From Diadema antillarum (lineage: Eukaryota), in contig NW_027271164.1 of assembly GCF_040938485.1 (NCBI RefSeq), positions 124,001 through 188,000 of the forward strand: a stretch of 64,000 nucleotides of DNA, in the 5' to 3' direction. The position numbers and the translations under genes are program-made. A model generated the notes under the pieces. That model was not told where the DNA came from. It made no database searches and worked only from the letters and a program-made list of their open reading frames with translations. Below are positions 24,601 through 35,567 of the stretch, piece by piece (the stretch's first letter is position 1; each line of letters starts with the position of its first letter).

Positions 24601-27600
24601 TGAGGGTTTATGACGTAACAAAGGCTTCTATATTGGGAAATCGGGCGATTTTTCAGTGGGTGGAAATCACTGATCTCTATGGAAGAACAAGATCATCGGT
24701 GGAAAGTAGCTTCTTGGCGGAGGTCTGCGCTCTCAGAGTGCTTTTCTAGTTGTTTATTTGTTCAGTCATAACGAAATTTTGATATAATGAAAGAAAATTG
24801 TCGGTCCCAAGGACTTGGTTATAATGGGAGTCCACTTTCCTACAAATATAGTGCTGTGATTTAAGGGTATGATGCAAAACATTAAGCACATTTTCATTTT
24901 TTTTAAAAAAACTCATAGTAGGTTTTCTGCATGAGAAAGTGGTTATTTATGGGAAAGAGAAACAAGAAACTGACTGGTTCACCATATTACAGTAAGAAAT
25001 ATTTCATGAACACTAGGTCTGGAAGTATCGACAAGTTTAGAAAATGTTGTCTCCCGAATTTGCCTGCATGGCTGTAGGCATCACTGCTGCCATACCTCCC
25101 CACTGCTTTCTGTAGCACTTGGAGTTGCATCATAGTCGGTCTCATCATCGTCAGATCCTCGAACCTGGGGCCCCCCTGAAGAACGTCTCCCCTGCTTTGA
25201 CTTGGGCTGGGCAGAAAGAAATAACTATGTGTTACACAACTGGACAACAGTGTGAAAATAGAGTTCACGGTATTTCTTTACCATCATCTCTAAAACAATG
25301 TTAAAGAGGACTTCAAAAGGGTTAGAAGGAAAAAAAAAAGAAGCTGAGTGTAGTTCTAAAAGTGAGAAGAAATGAGGTATACACAATCAAGTGCTACATT
25401 TTTACACTTGGCTAGATATCCACTTCATACAATTCAAAACTACCACACGAATCAAGAATTTCCATAACTGTTGATAAGATACTGCAGAAATCAAAGCCTC
25501 CAGCTTTGACTGACTGCATCAACGTTGAGCATGCGTTCTTAATTCAATCCATGGTTACAATGCAAAGTCAACTCTACACAAGTCAAAATCAAAATAAATC
25601 CTGGACTGACCTGACAAAATGTGGGTGGTTATCACACCGTGGGGTTTGGTTTACATCTATGAAGCTCGTTTTATTTAGTGAAAAAAATAAGACTTTTCAA
25701 ATATGTTTACAAATGAATGTATAATGGAATCTTGCGAAAATAGGAAAGTTCCAGAGACAACTGAAATTACTGCCCATATTGACTTTTTTTTTCTAAGCAT
25801 TTGAAAACAGATGCAGAGAAAATGTTGCAACAGGCATTACAAAATTCAACTTTTCACACGGACAATAAATTGACATAATTTGGCACTTACCTTACTACTT
25901 TCTGCACTGGCTTTCCTCTTTCTTGGCTTTGGTGGTTTCTTTTCCTGTAATAATTATAAAATAAAACGATGAGTGCTGACTTACTAAAGAATAAAGACAG
26001 TACAACACCTAGCAAACTATCCCTGAACACCCATCTCCTTGTGGTATTTTGTTGACAAATAACATCATTTAACCCCTCAAAAAAAAAAAAAAAAGAGAGA
26101 AAGATTTTATTTATTTACTTTTAGTGTTTATGACTTGGTGTTTTTTTTTCAAGCTCAAAAATATATGTTAATGCTTTTATTGCTATTGTGACTGCATTTC
26201 ACTTCACTGAGGATATTTCGTTCATTTCAATACATGACAGCTAAGAAATGGAGTAACTAACATTCAGATCCTTTTAAGGACACCCAAATGACCAAACAAA
26301 GAAACCAAATTAAACAAATAGAAATGTACGTTCAGAAATTCGCAAATTCCATCAAGAATGACAAAATCCACAAGTTCTGCCGGTCTTGTCTGTAATCACC
26401 TTGCTCTTCGGCTTCTTGCCTCCTTCATCGATCACCAACCCGCCGTCCGAGTCATCAGAGTCTGGCTCCTTTTCAGCTATCTCAGCTCCTTCATCCTCCT
26501 CCTCCTCCACCTCTTCTTCTGTCTTCACAGCACTTCCTCCAGTTTCCTCATCAGTGGAAGAACCGGGATGCTGGTGGAAGAAAGGCAACCCCATACTGGA
26601 TGATCAACACATAAAACCATCTTTAGCACAGCAACTACTTGGCACCCAAACATTTTCATGTGTGCTCATTTAGGAGCAGGCACATCTGTGAACAAATTTG
26701 TTTCATTTATGGCTTTAGACTATCACTTGTTTTTTCTCATCAACTGAACACTGTTCTTCTCATAAACTGAGATATAAATGCTAGCCCATGACACTCCTTT
26801 GTAGGATATATGACAAGACTGTCATTGGTAATGAACACACCATCTGCTCTGAAACAGCTGTTAGTATCCGAGAGTGGTTTCATGTCAACAGTAAATCATC
26901 AATGTTTCTAGCTACTTTTAGCAACATTCTATTGAGCAGGATACACACACATACACATAAAGAGATATTTGTATCTTCTCTCAGATTCTTTTAAAATTTG
27001 GAATCATACTACTTAATAGAAATATAATCACGATATTACTTTGTCTATTTTTCTTTCATTTTAACAAAGTAAGAATTCCCTTTGAGCTTTTAATACTTAC
27101 CACTCCATGAAACTTGACATTGGGGTTGTTTTCGATCTCCCACAAGCCAATGTTGAAGGCCTCATATCTTCTGTGTGCTTTTCCATATTTCTCCTTGAAT
27201 TGTGCATATGGGTACAAGTCTTTCACACCCATAAATGCCCTGAAATATTGTATCAAAGAACAGCACAATACTTTATTGAGTTATCTTGCACTGCCACTGC
27301 ACAATTTAAATGAGACAAGACAAATTAAGCTGTATATCATCACATAGACATTATCATCACCGTATGGCATTCAATTTACAAAAAAGGCGCATCACATTCA
27401 ATGCTGAATCAAATTACTCTGTATCACTACACCTTCATGAACATATTGCATTCTGTGGTTCAATCACAAGATACATGACTTTTATATTTAATTCTTACTT
27501 CAGATTAGCAGTCTGAAACTTATTTACATATTAATGGTTAAGACACACTAGAAAAGAAGAGAAAAAAACAAACAAAAACAAAAATACATGAGAACTCTTT

Positions 27601-28342
27601 GAGATATTAGAAGTCATGTACAACATTAAACACATCTTTTTCATTCTTTTTTCCAGCCTTTTTCTCATTTGAAGAAACATGATTACCGTACTGGCAACAT
27701 ATTGTACATGGTAGCGCAAATGGCGACAACAGAAAGAAAGGACACATAAGCCATGCTTACGTTTCATGTGTGCCAAAGAAGAAGATGGGATATTTATTTG
27801 GAGGTGGCTTCACCCCTCCTTCAGGAACATCATCCACCTAACATGCAGAGAGAGTGAGAGAGAAAGACATGAGGTAGCATTAGAAAGACAGATAAACACA
27901 AGTACTAACTATACATGGTACTGAGTCCCTGAGTTAGTGTAAGACAGCCTCACCATGTGCAAAGCTATATTTGAACATGATGTTCTTTGCTTTGTCTCTA
28001 AACCTAATCATCCATATTCATTAATATTCAATATCAAACGTGTCCATCATAAAATACGACAAAGATTCATTTAAGAACATTAAAACTGCAAACAAAAGAA
28101 GAATATATTGTAAAAGTAACAGTGATTTGCATCGTCAAATGATAGAATACTCAGTGAAGTAACTTTTTACTTTTTACAATTACGGAAAGAGTTAAGTGAA
28201 GTACTTTCCTGATAGATTAAACAGTATCATTTAGTATAGCAAAAAGAAATATTGATTTCCTTACCCTTGCTGGCCAAAATGGCCATCCTTTCATCTTCGC
28301 AAAGACTTTATCTCCTGGTTCGTACTGCTTTGGGCGTGACAT
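9636..28342 (-). CDS. HDGFL2: HDGF-related protein 2 / LEDGF-family chromatin reader (PWWP + IBD), 1199 aa, 16 coding exons
   Basis: Coding exons (minus): 28342-28265, 27837-27761, 27239-27101, 26570-26400, 25944-25891, 25206-25096, 24120-23901, 21704-21608, 20898-20184, 19718-19654, 18896-18874, 17921-17857, 17418-17311, 16659-16500, 15935-14483, 9699-9636. Total 3600 nt, all GT-AG with compatible phases. Family motifs: [40 protein letters not shown], the HRP2-like [18 protein letters not shown], and an IBD. Naming it HDGFL2 rather than PSIP1 rests on the WK-x-RD motif. Confidence 0.9.
9748..9956. mobile_element. TA-flanked MITE (CTGTAAAAG...CTTTTACAG)
   Basis: Perfect TA|CTGTAAAAG ... CTTTTACAG|TA ends with internal TTTTCGCG/CGCGAAAA repeats. 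It lies about 47 nt from the acceptor of the last HDGFL2 exon. Confidence 0.7.
10793..11287. repeat. ~175-bp tandem array (about 2.8 units) inside the Tigger element
   Basis: The anchor TCATTGATCACTT(G/A)TCAGGCAAGAACTGAAATCAATGAAACCCAAAGGTTGA recurs at 10804, 10977 and 11154 (spacing 173 and 177). Confidence 0.88.
11526..13055 (-). CDS. pogo/Tigger-family transposase (CENP-B-type HTH-psq + HTH_Tc5 + DDE_1), 509 aa, second catalytic D replaced by N
   Basis: N-terminal HTH ([21 protein letters not shown]), CENP-B HTH ([11 protein letters not shown]...LLEKAKYFA...[11 protein letters not shown]), and DDE motifs [45 protein letters not shown]. The frame is uninterrupted. Confidence 0.92.
   Translation of the reverse strand: MATKRKLNVKSYQEKYSILTFMDENPTWKKKDVAAKFNVKTNTLSGVIKKRHKIVQAVENPCDARKGIKRMRQMAFDNVDAALITWFRQKESLPDLRLDGEMLLEKAKYFAKEFGHETAPSLSWVSRFKKRYGIGYIKEAGESAGVDEELIQGWKDGKLTDILRRYDPKDIYIADETGLFWQVLPEKSLRFLGTTFHGGKQQNTRVTVLVCANMDGSNKLPLFVVGKSKRPPAFKNVKNLPVAYKANKKAWMTGALFEEWLRKLDGKMEGRKIAMVINNCPAHPHIKLENIKLVFLPPNTTSLTQPVDGGVIRNLKQHYRHILAFRRLAAADGGVPFKWDLLDAIIALKTAWNRVSQQTIAHVYRNVGLALLCEQVEEDGDRGEEGGVDDAQQFRGIWERLADLFPLPAMDEYVDVDATDTGVNLLTDDQIVEITGVKEDGESDDENSNGETSSQQGEDCVRTPPSISEVCQALNVIRQFDIFQQTPAELQLLVENYELYLMSNYKNHQ
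13090..13115 (-). promoter_or_regulatory. Candidate 3' splice acceptor 34 nt upstream of the transposase ATG
   Basis: Minus strand acctctctgccattatccttctgtAG|GTCGAAG, with 19 pyrimidines in the 24 nt before the AG. A variant poly(A) signal ATTAAA lies at 11353-11358 (minus), downstream of the ORF. Confidence 0.55.
16500..17921 (-). other. HDGFL2: Integrase-binding (IBD / TFIIS-N-like) domain exons
   Basis: [21 protein letters not shown]|[36 protein letters not shown]|[26 protein letters not shown] aligns with the LEDGF/HRP2 IBD pattern (L..LH..IK..L..D.P...TLKKIRR.K...VM.KA..Y.K.K..F). Confidence 0.85.
16672..16760. repeat. Degenerate (AAC/AAT/AGT)n simple repeat in an intron
   Basis: gtaacaacaataacaacagtagtagtaacaataataacaatgat... 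Confidence 0.65.
19178..19262. mobile_element. 85-bp piggyBac-type mini-MITE (second copy)
   Basis: TTAA|CCCGTTGAAGAC...GTCCTCAACAGG|TTAA aligns to the reverse complement of 2406-2490. It is preceded by CAGCGGG, a remnant end of another copy. Confidence 0.6.
24175..24837. mobile_element. Tc1/mariner(pogo)-type MITE interrupted by a nested insertion
   Basis: Left TA|CAGTGCACTCCCATTATAACGAACACGG and right TTATAATGGGAGTCCACT. Same family as the intact copy at 59302-59844. Confidence 0.65.
24270..24751 (+). mobile_element. Non-autonomous Helentron-like element (HINE/DINE-1 architecture)
   Basis: Subterminal inverted repeats ACCTCCGCCAAG (24275-86) / CTTGGCGGAGGT (24713-24), a partial IR GGAGGT beside the 5' subTIR, a (GTTT)n microsatellite at 24311-43, and a 3' hairpin GCGCTCTCAGAGTGC followed by TTTTCTAGTT. 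Confidence 0.7.
27101..28342 (-). other. HDGFL2: PWWP domain exons of the HDGFL2-like gene
   Basis: [26 protein letters not shown]|[26 protein letters not shown]|[43 protein letters not shown] matches the HDGF/LEDGF HATH-PWWP domain. Confidence 0.93.
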
Positions 28343-29640
28343 GGTGATTTTTTTTTCCCTTGAGACCACACTTCCCACAGGCTGAGGTCGAAGTAAAAAA
28401 TAATACATGTAAGTCAGAACGTTATATGATATCAGAAGACAATGATTAAAAAAGATAGATCTTGGAAGGTTTGAATGATCTTCATGATGTTATTGGTCCA
28501 ATAGAGTACTCACAGTAATAACTTTGACACTACTTAGCTATCAAAAGTATCATGAGCCAAGTTTACAAAATAACACTGTGGAGTGGTGACAAACTAAAAA
28601 CATTTTGCCGAATCTTGTTAAAGTATTAATATACTCCACATTAAATCAACTAATTGCGGGGGGATATGTACAACTGCAAGATATTTTGGCAGCTTGAATC
28701 ACATCACAGTTCTGGTTGTGAAAGAATGTAGGGGGAAAAAAAAAAACCTTGAAAAATCTGGACCGTAGCATCATTTCTATATTCTTCCAAAGTATAGATC
28801 TTTTGGCAGGTATATAGCCATAATTATAACCAGGTATAGCACATCCCTGGTTTTTGTGAAAGGATGTAGAATAATCTATAAAATCGAGACTGTAGTTTCA
28901 CTTGTAATGGCAGTAATGCCTTCTTCCATACAAAGTTCACAGTCACCTGGTTGACTGACATAAGATATTTTCAATCAATTCACTCAGGGGGATATACTGT
29001 ATTATAAAATGGGTTCAAGAATGTAGCCAATAGGAAGCGCTGAAATGAGACACACCTCCTTCCTTTACTTCAGTACAACTGCACTGCCTGTAATCCTATG
29101 GTAGATTGCCGATCGTCTGTGCGCGGCGGCTCCTTTGATGAATTGCATGCATACGCGTACGCGCTGTCAATCCTGTAAACAACTTCTAGTTCGGGCTGCC
29201 GGCCGGCCGGCCTGTCTTCCCTTGTGCATAACATAATATGTGGCGTACGTACGTATACTGTACTATACGTACACTTTGTACAGTACAGAAGACCAAGCGT
29301 TTTGGGACCGGACGCGTACATGGAGTCACTTTGAAGAGCAAATCCAACGATTTAGCAGGTTAATTCTCACGCCGTTTTCAGAGTATGTTGTCTAGTAGGC
29401 CTATATGAGGAGTCTATATCAAGTCTTTAAGGTAAAGGGTGCATATTCTATGTAAAATAAGTAAGTTTTCATGCGGGTGTCCGGAAACCCAACCCCCCAT
29501 TATACTTATACTGTATGTGCGGGACTTCCGCGAGTGCGACGTGCGTAAAAGTTTGGGACGAACATCTTCGGACGTCTTGACCCACAAAGGTACGTGAAAA
29601 ACGCTGAAAAATGATGTTAGTTTTCGAATTTTCGACCCAT

Positions 29641-29829
29641 TTTATAAAACAAATGATGCACAGGATTATTTCGTGGCGTTAGTGTAGGCGTAGCTCACTC
29701 TCGGGTATTTACAATGTAGTGCAACATGCACTCGGCTTCGCCTCGTGCATGTTTCACAATTGTAAATACCCTCGAATGCACTACGCCTACACTAACGCAC
29801 TCTATCCTGTGCATCATTTGTATATTAAA
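29641..29829. repeat. Foldback palindrome (~90-bp arms, central CTCGGCTTCGCCTCG)
   Basis: ACAAATGATGCACAGGAT...GCGTTAGTGTAGGCGTAG...GGGTATTTACAAT mirrored by ATTGTAAATACCC...CTACGCCTACACTAACGC...ATCCTGTGCATCATTTGT. Confidence 0.8.
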
Positions 29830-31098
29830 CTAGAAGAGATCTTGGCAGCTAAATGACTTATTGCAGCACAGCAGCATTTCCCTGGGTTTTTGAGAGGGTT
29901 TTTCAAACAATCCATAAAAATCTAGACTGTAGCATAATGTCTGATGGATTCTTCCAAAGTTCATTACTATTTGGCTGACATTTAATGAATGGTAACAACT
30001 AGACTCAGGTTGTAAGACTTCTACTATAGAAGTACAATGTATGGGCAAAATGTATTGGTAGTAACTGACATAGTTATCTAAAGGAGTTTTAAAGTATTGT
30101 AATCTAGATGGTCTACTTCAGTACTGGTAGGCAATTCAGTGCTTATTGGTATGTACATGCTTGGTGTACTTTAATATCCATGTCGATATCTTGAACTCTG
30201 AGAACTCAGATTGCACTAAAACCACAGGAAGTCGGATACTTACTAGCTCATTCCCAAAACTCATATAAATCTATAACCAAGTCGGATATTAAGAAGCATT
30301 GATATTGACGTCAAATTTCATGTCCTCGCCCAAAACAAGTCCCTTTTTGCAAGCTTCATCTAAAAAAGAGTGCTAAGTGTTAAACCCACAAATGATGCAA
30401 TTTAATGGTACCCTGGGGTACCAAATGAAAATTCACTACGTTGTATTTTGTTGAATTATTACTTTTTTTTCAGCGCTATACCCTGGGTTACCTTAGAATG
30501 TGTAAAAATAATTTTTAGTATTATTATGATCAAAAATATTTTTCTGTTTGTGATTATGCAACAATTACCCGGTAGTGCATGTAATAATAACTTTTTTCTC
30601 ATTTACATGCTCAGTTGTAAATCTTCACAATTAATATGTCTACATGTTATTGTATTAAAGTGCTGATTTTATTATGTTGACTTTGAATGAGATTGGAAAT
30701 TAAATTTGATTTATTATCCATTCCAAGACAGTGTCAGTTTCTTTCAGTAACAGTCAATGTGCTTGCATTGAGTGAATGAATGATCACGTGTGTGGACATT
30801 TTTGCCACACCGATTTATGCCAGCGCTAATGATGAGAAAATAGCCGCCATGACAACAGCAATTGCACAACTAATGTTAGATTCTACATAGAGTCTAGTTA
30901 GATCTATTGTAGTTATGCTCAACCTGAGCTTTTCAGAGTAACAGATCCAGATCCAGATCCAGACGAGACGGTGATACGCAACGGCGTAGGCCTATCCCAA
31001 GCTACAAATGGTACCATGGGGTACGGAGTGCCAAATCAGATGTAGAATTAGAAATGCCCACAAACGAAAATGACAAATGAAATGTAACGATCGGCAAA

Positions 31099-31345
31099 AT
31101 CATAAAATTGGCCCTATAAATAGCAGTGCGCGTGCATCCGACTATTGAAAGTGTTAACATAGACAATCGTAATATTAAACAATAATTTGACTAAGCAAGG
31201 CCAAGCCAAGGAGGTTAGGTTAAGGGTTAGGTTAGGGTTGCATTTAGAATTCTATGATTAAATCAGTCGAGGGACATTAGGTTCCTTTTAGGAAGTACAT
31301 GTAGATCCTAACTAAGTTAGGTATATGGTAGCCCACTATTTATCG
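31099..31345 (+). mobile_element. Degenerate copy of a TTAGGG-bearing MITE family
   Basis: Shares GCAGTGCGCGTGCA, a GGTTAGGTTAAGGGTTAGGTTAGGG tract and AGTCGAGGGAC(A/G)TTAGG with 33228-33636. Confidence 0.5.
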
Positions 31346-31829
31346 ACCACCCTTTTTTAAACCGACCGCGTATTAATTGGCGCACAGAACGCTTAGTACG
31401 TACTTCACTGCGCGCAAAGCACATAAAAATGGATTGGCTTTGACTGTTGGTTGATGAGGATGGTGTGGGAAGACGCGAAAATTCACGGTTCATTAATGGT
31501 TTTAATCAAGGACAAAATTTCGAATGAATATTTTCACCGAATCGTAATGTAATGTCTATGGAAGTTTCTAAAAAGCTCCGTACAACACGGTGTTCAATAC
31601 AACTTGGTTTGCGTGCATTGTCAATGCAAAAACAGCGGTCCATCTCAATGAGGAGCGTTACCGTGGGGAGCTGAAACGAGGCCACGCAAGTTCGACGCCG
31701 ATATTTTTGCACTGAAACCTTGAATCGAATCGAAAAGGGAACAACGGCATTTGATAGTGCTGGATTTTCTCAATCACGTAGGTCGTTTTTTTACGTGAAT
31801 TTCAGTGTTAAATATTCTTATCGGCATAA

Positions 31830-31955
31830 TCGTGATATAGTCCCCACCGCTGCGTGTCCGTACTAAATATTACCCTAACCCTATAGAAACCTACCCTAAA
31901 AACGCACGGGTGCACGCGCACTTTGGTGGGGATCTAGGTGGGGACTATATCACGA
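31830..31955 (-). mobile_element. 126-bp MITE with perfect TIRs and an internal CCCTAA tract
   Basis: ATCGTGATATAGTCCCCACC (31829-48) / GGTGGGGACTATATCACGAT (31937-56), 20/20 match. The flanks read as a TAA duplication (31827-29, 31956-58). Confidence 0.75.
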
Positions 31956-32370
31956 TAATGGCTAAATGCCTTCTTATCAAGCAAATAAACATTAGGCGGT
32001 CGATGAGAAGTAGGTCCAACCATAACATGTAATGATGTTACATAGTTTACATGGCAAGGGCCCAAAAAAAGGCACATATTCACACACACAACACACACAC
32101 ATGGGAGGAAAAACGACACACGCACCGCGCACACGGCCCTTCACGGGGGAAAGGCACACGCACTACCCAGTGCACCATCATATCAAAATCACAGACTCGC
32201 TATCTCGAGCTAGCTCTACCTTCTTACGATGGAAAAGCACCTAGTTATCCACGAATAATTGAAAAGTGGTAAATTCTGCTAAAGTTCTTACACAATATCT
32301 TATTCATCGATACATTACACACACATTCCATCACAAAAACCAGATATATGACGAGAAAAAATAAATTTAC

Positions 32371-32770
32371 CAGCTCCTTTCGTCGAAAGAGACACTTCAA
32401 AGAACAGCCATGAAAGGCGCCATTTTCGATATATCATTCAGGCTCGTTCGCGTGATGTTCTCATGTGCTATGAAAAATACATGTACTAATAAGCACGGCA
32501 TGCATAGGCACGTCTTGCTCTGTCGTGTGCGTGCAGCTCAGCGAGCCGGAGCTTGGGGGAATTGGGGGAGTCCCGTGTCATGTCAAGTAAAGGCCCGCCC
32601 GACAGCGACACACACAACAGCCACAGTATAGCTACAGGGCATGGCAGGATCCGGAGGTCCTGGAGATCGGATCCAACGCGTTCAAGCGGAATCAGACTTT
32701 GTTGTAACTTCGGACTCGTTTAGCCTGCTTTACGACGTGTATAAATGTTGACAGCCTCGTAAAGTGTAAG
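32371..32770. promoter_or_regulatory. Candidate bidirectional promoter with non-coding first exons of HDGFL2 (-) and CRPPA (+)
   Basis: CpG-rich patch between divergent genes, with a YY1-type CGCCATTTT at 32418-26 and a minus-strand donor CTG|GTAAAT at 32371/32370. The HDGFL2 ATG exon has an acceptor at 28381/28382 and the CRPPA ATG exon one at 35548/35549, so both genes need upstream non-coding exons. Confidence 0.45.
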
Positions 32771-33227
32771 ACATCTGTGCAGCTTGCAGTCCACTGGTCA
32801 AGTAGGTTTTAGCTGAACTTTCACTTGACTCTCACTCAGTGAGTCTCACTCATTTTACTGTCTATGTCATAGAAACTCTTTTTTTTTTTTTTCCAAGGTG
32901 GCAACTGGCAACAACTTTATCATAACATCAATACGATGGGGCAACTTATACACCGACATCCTTATAATATAGGTTCTATCAACTGCTGTAGTGGTAGAAA
33001 AATTGGCAAAATTGTAATTGTGGGATCTGTCAGGCAGTCCATCAATTACACACTAAAATTTTACTTCAAGTACTGAACTAGCACTGCTACTTTGTAGTAG
33101 TACCACTGAAAATGCTGATCAACAAAACAGTTATGTGTCACTGCCACTGGAGAAATAGCGAGTGAAGGATCGAATTACAATTGGGAAATATTGTTAATTA
33201 TTACCCATATGATGAGGTAGTGGCAAA

Positions 33228-33636
33228 ATCGTGAAATACTAAATAGGCCCCAACGCAGTGCGCGTGCACCCGTGCGTTAGCAAGCAAGGGTAGGTCCTAG
33301 GGTTAGGGTGAGGTTGGGTTAGGGTTTAGGATAGGTAAGGTTGTATTTATGGTTAAATTGGCCATTGAATTAGTCGAGGGACGTTAGGGAGTTCTTCCGA
33401 GATTAAAAAGTTGACGAAAGATGCTACGCTGTGGAAATCGGCCACACCGCTGTATCGATCTCGCGTAAACGCCGTTTGGTGGGGCCGCATTCACGAGTAT
33501 TATACTGTGGAAGAAAGCCCCACCGCCATGCTTATCTACCGATGAACGCCACATGGTGGGGCTGAATTCACGAGTATAAACAGGCGAGCCGCCGTAGTAT
33601 TAGTACGGACACGCAGTGGTGGGGCCTATTTCACGA
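33228..33636 (+). mobile_element. TTAGGG-bearing MITE with a triplicated right-end motif
   Basis: Left ATCGTGAAATA...GGCCCC and right GGTGGGGCCTATTTCACGA. GGTGGGGC..(A/T)TTCACGAGTAT occurs at 33478, 33555 and 33618, and a G-tract at 33288-33324. Confidence 0.6.
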
Positions 33637-34156
33637 GTATGCCGAGGTAGTTTTGCCGGGCAATTGTAGTTGTTATTTTGGTTGGTCGTCAGGCACAGCG
33701 GGCAATATTAGTGGATATTTTCCTTCTTCCGGGTTTGGCCATTAACTTAACACGTAAACACTCCGGTCAGTCACCAAGAGAAAATATCGAAAATGCTAGC
33801 ATCCGGGCACTTGAACTCCCGGTGATGAAAAATTTACTGTTGTGAGAGTTTCTCGCGGAGAGGTTTTCGCGATGAAGGGCAAACTCGTTAATTTAGAAGA
33901 CAATCGCTACACCCTATAAAGTAGGCGTGTGTCTGACTGTGTGTGCTGGCTGTTACTCGCACAGCATACCCGAGTTTCGCGACAGAGGGCAAATTCCCAT
34001 ACGTTAGCATGAAAAAAGGGGACGATCGCTGCAACTATGAGTACCTGAATTGTGCACAGTGGTGTAGGGTTCGACCTGGCGCCGAGTGGATTTTGTTACC
34101 GTAAATTGGGAAGTTTAATTTGTGTTGATTTAAGTAACTGCTCGAAGATATGGGTA

Positions 34157-34309
34157 ATAATAATAATATGGACTGTCTACTTTTGGGGGATACAAGATTT
34201 ATTGCCCTCACTAGTAGAATTGTATTGCCCTCGTCTTCGACTCGGGCAATATATTTCTAGTTCGGGCAATAAATGTCTTATCCCCTCAAGGCCAGTCCAT
34301 ATTATATTA
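34157..34309. repeat. Foldback palindrome (central CTCGTCTTCGACTCG)
   Basis: TAATAATATGGACTG...GGGGATA...ATTTATTGCCC...TATTGCCC mirrored by GGGCAATA...GGGCAATAAAT...TATCCCC...CAGTCCATATTAT. Confidence 0.75.
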
Positions 34310-35291
34310 ATGTTGGTCACCGAGTTTAAGCTTCATGGCTCACCTCAGCTAATGTTGGTATCGTCTTACAATAACACTAAATAGTTTTGCCACTAAAGTA
34401 CTTTTCGTATCCATGTCAATATCTCAAATATTGAGAACCCAATTGCACACAATTACAGGATATACTTGATGAATGATAGCATTGTGTCTTGTTTGTACTG
34501 CACCAACCACCGCTGCTGGGCTATAGACATGCAGTCCCTCATGCATACAGTTGAGTTTCGATGTCTGCTTTCATGTCGTCGCTCAAAACAACTCACTCTT
34601 CACTGGCGATGCAGCATATACTGCCTGCACAATCTGAAGCTTAATTTAGCTGTCTAATATGCAACAAATTCTTCAAGTAACCAGGGAGCAAGATAATCAA
34701 TGTACAAATGATTTACGGCAAGTTGAATGAAGTCGTGTGAGAAATGCAGTTCCTACAATGTAGTCTGCAGATGACCACATGCAGACAGACAGACACATAC
34801 ACAAAAACAAACATGCATTTCTCAACCAATTTCTCTCAACTTGCCACAATCATTGCACATTGATATTTTGTTCCCATATTTAGTCCCGGTTATGACTTTA
34901 CTTGAAAGATACGTTACATAGATTGCTAACTTCAGTTTCAGATTGTGCAGGCGCAGGCTGCATACGTAACATTGCGATCTCTCACAAAGAGCGAGTTTGT
35001 TTTGAGCAATGACATGAAAGTCGACATCAATATTAACATTTGTCTATAACCAATTTTGGTTCAAATTTATGTGAGTGATGGGAAATGAGCTATGAAGTAT
35101 ATCCTGTGATGTTTGTGCAATTTAGTTCAGTAGAATTTGAAATATCTACATCATGGATGCGAAAGTACGGTAGAGCCACAGTTTGTATCATCTGTGAGAT
35201 TAATGTGATTGCACTATCACTTCAGGACTCGCATTCTGAGAATCGCAGCTTGAGAGATCATAGAAGGACTCTATACTTTACTTTGATCCCA

Positions 35292-35461
35292 CAGTGGCGG
35301 ATTCAGAGGGGGGCGCAACCGGCGCACGCCCCCCCCCCCTTATTTTTCATCAAAAACAAAAGAAATAAAAAGAAAAAAATGAAATGAAACCCGGAAGTGG
35401 CACCAGAAATATTAGTTGCGCCCCCCCCCCCCCCTTTACAGAATTCCTGGATCTGCCCCTG
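35292..35461. mobile_element. hAT-like MITE
   Basis: Ends CAGTGGCGGATTCAG / CTGGATCTGCCCCTG with internal C-runs, 87 nt upstream of the CRPPA ATG-exon acceptor. The TSD is degraded. Confidence 0.6.
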
Positions 35462-35567
35462 TGACATATTGTGAGACTTTCAAGAAAGTCATTCAGTATT
35501 TACAGTCTTCTTAGCTAACAAAGAAGTTCACTGATATTGCTGTTGCAGGTAAAACTTCACGCTATAC

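Noticed and set aside
35541-35554. AG|GTAAAA recursive-splice-like motif at the CRPPA ATG-exon acceptor
   Set aside because: The donor match is weak, AG/GT is common at exon starts, and the introns here are short.
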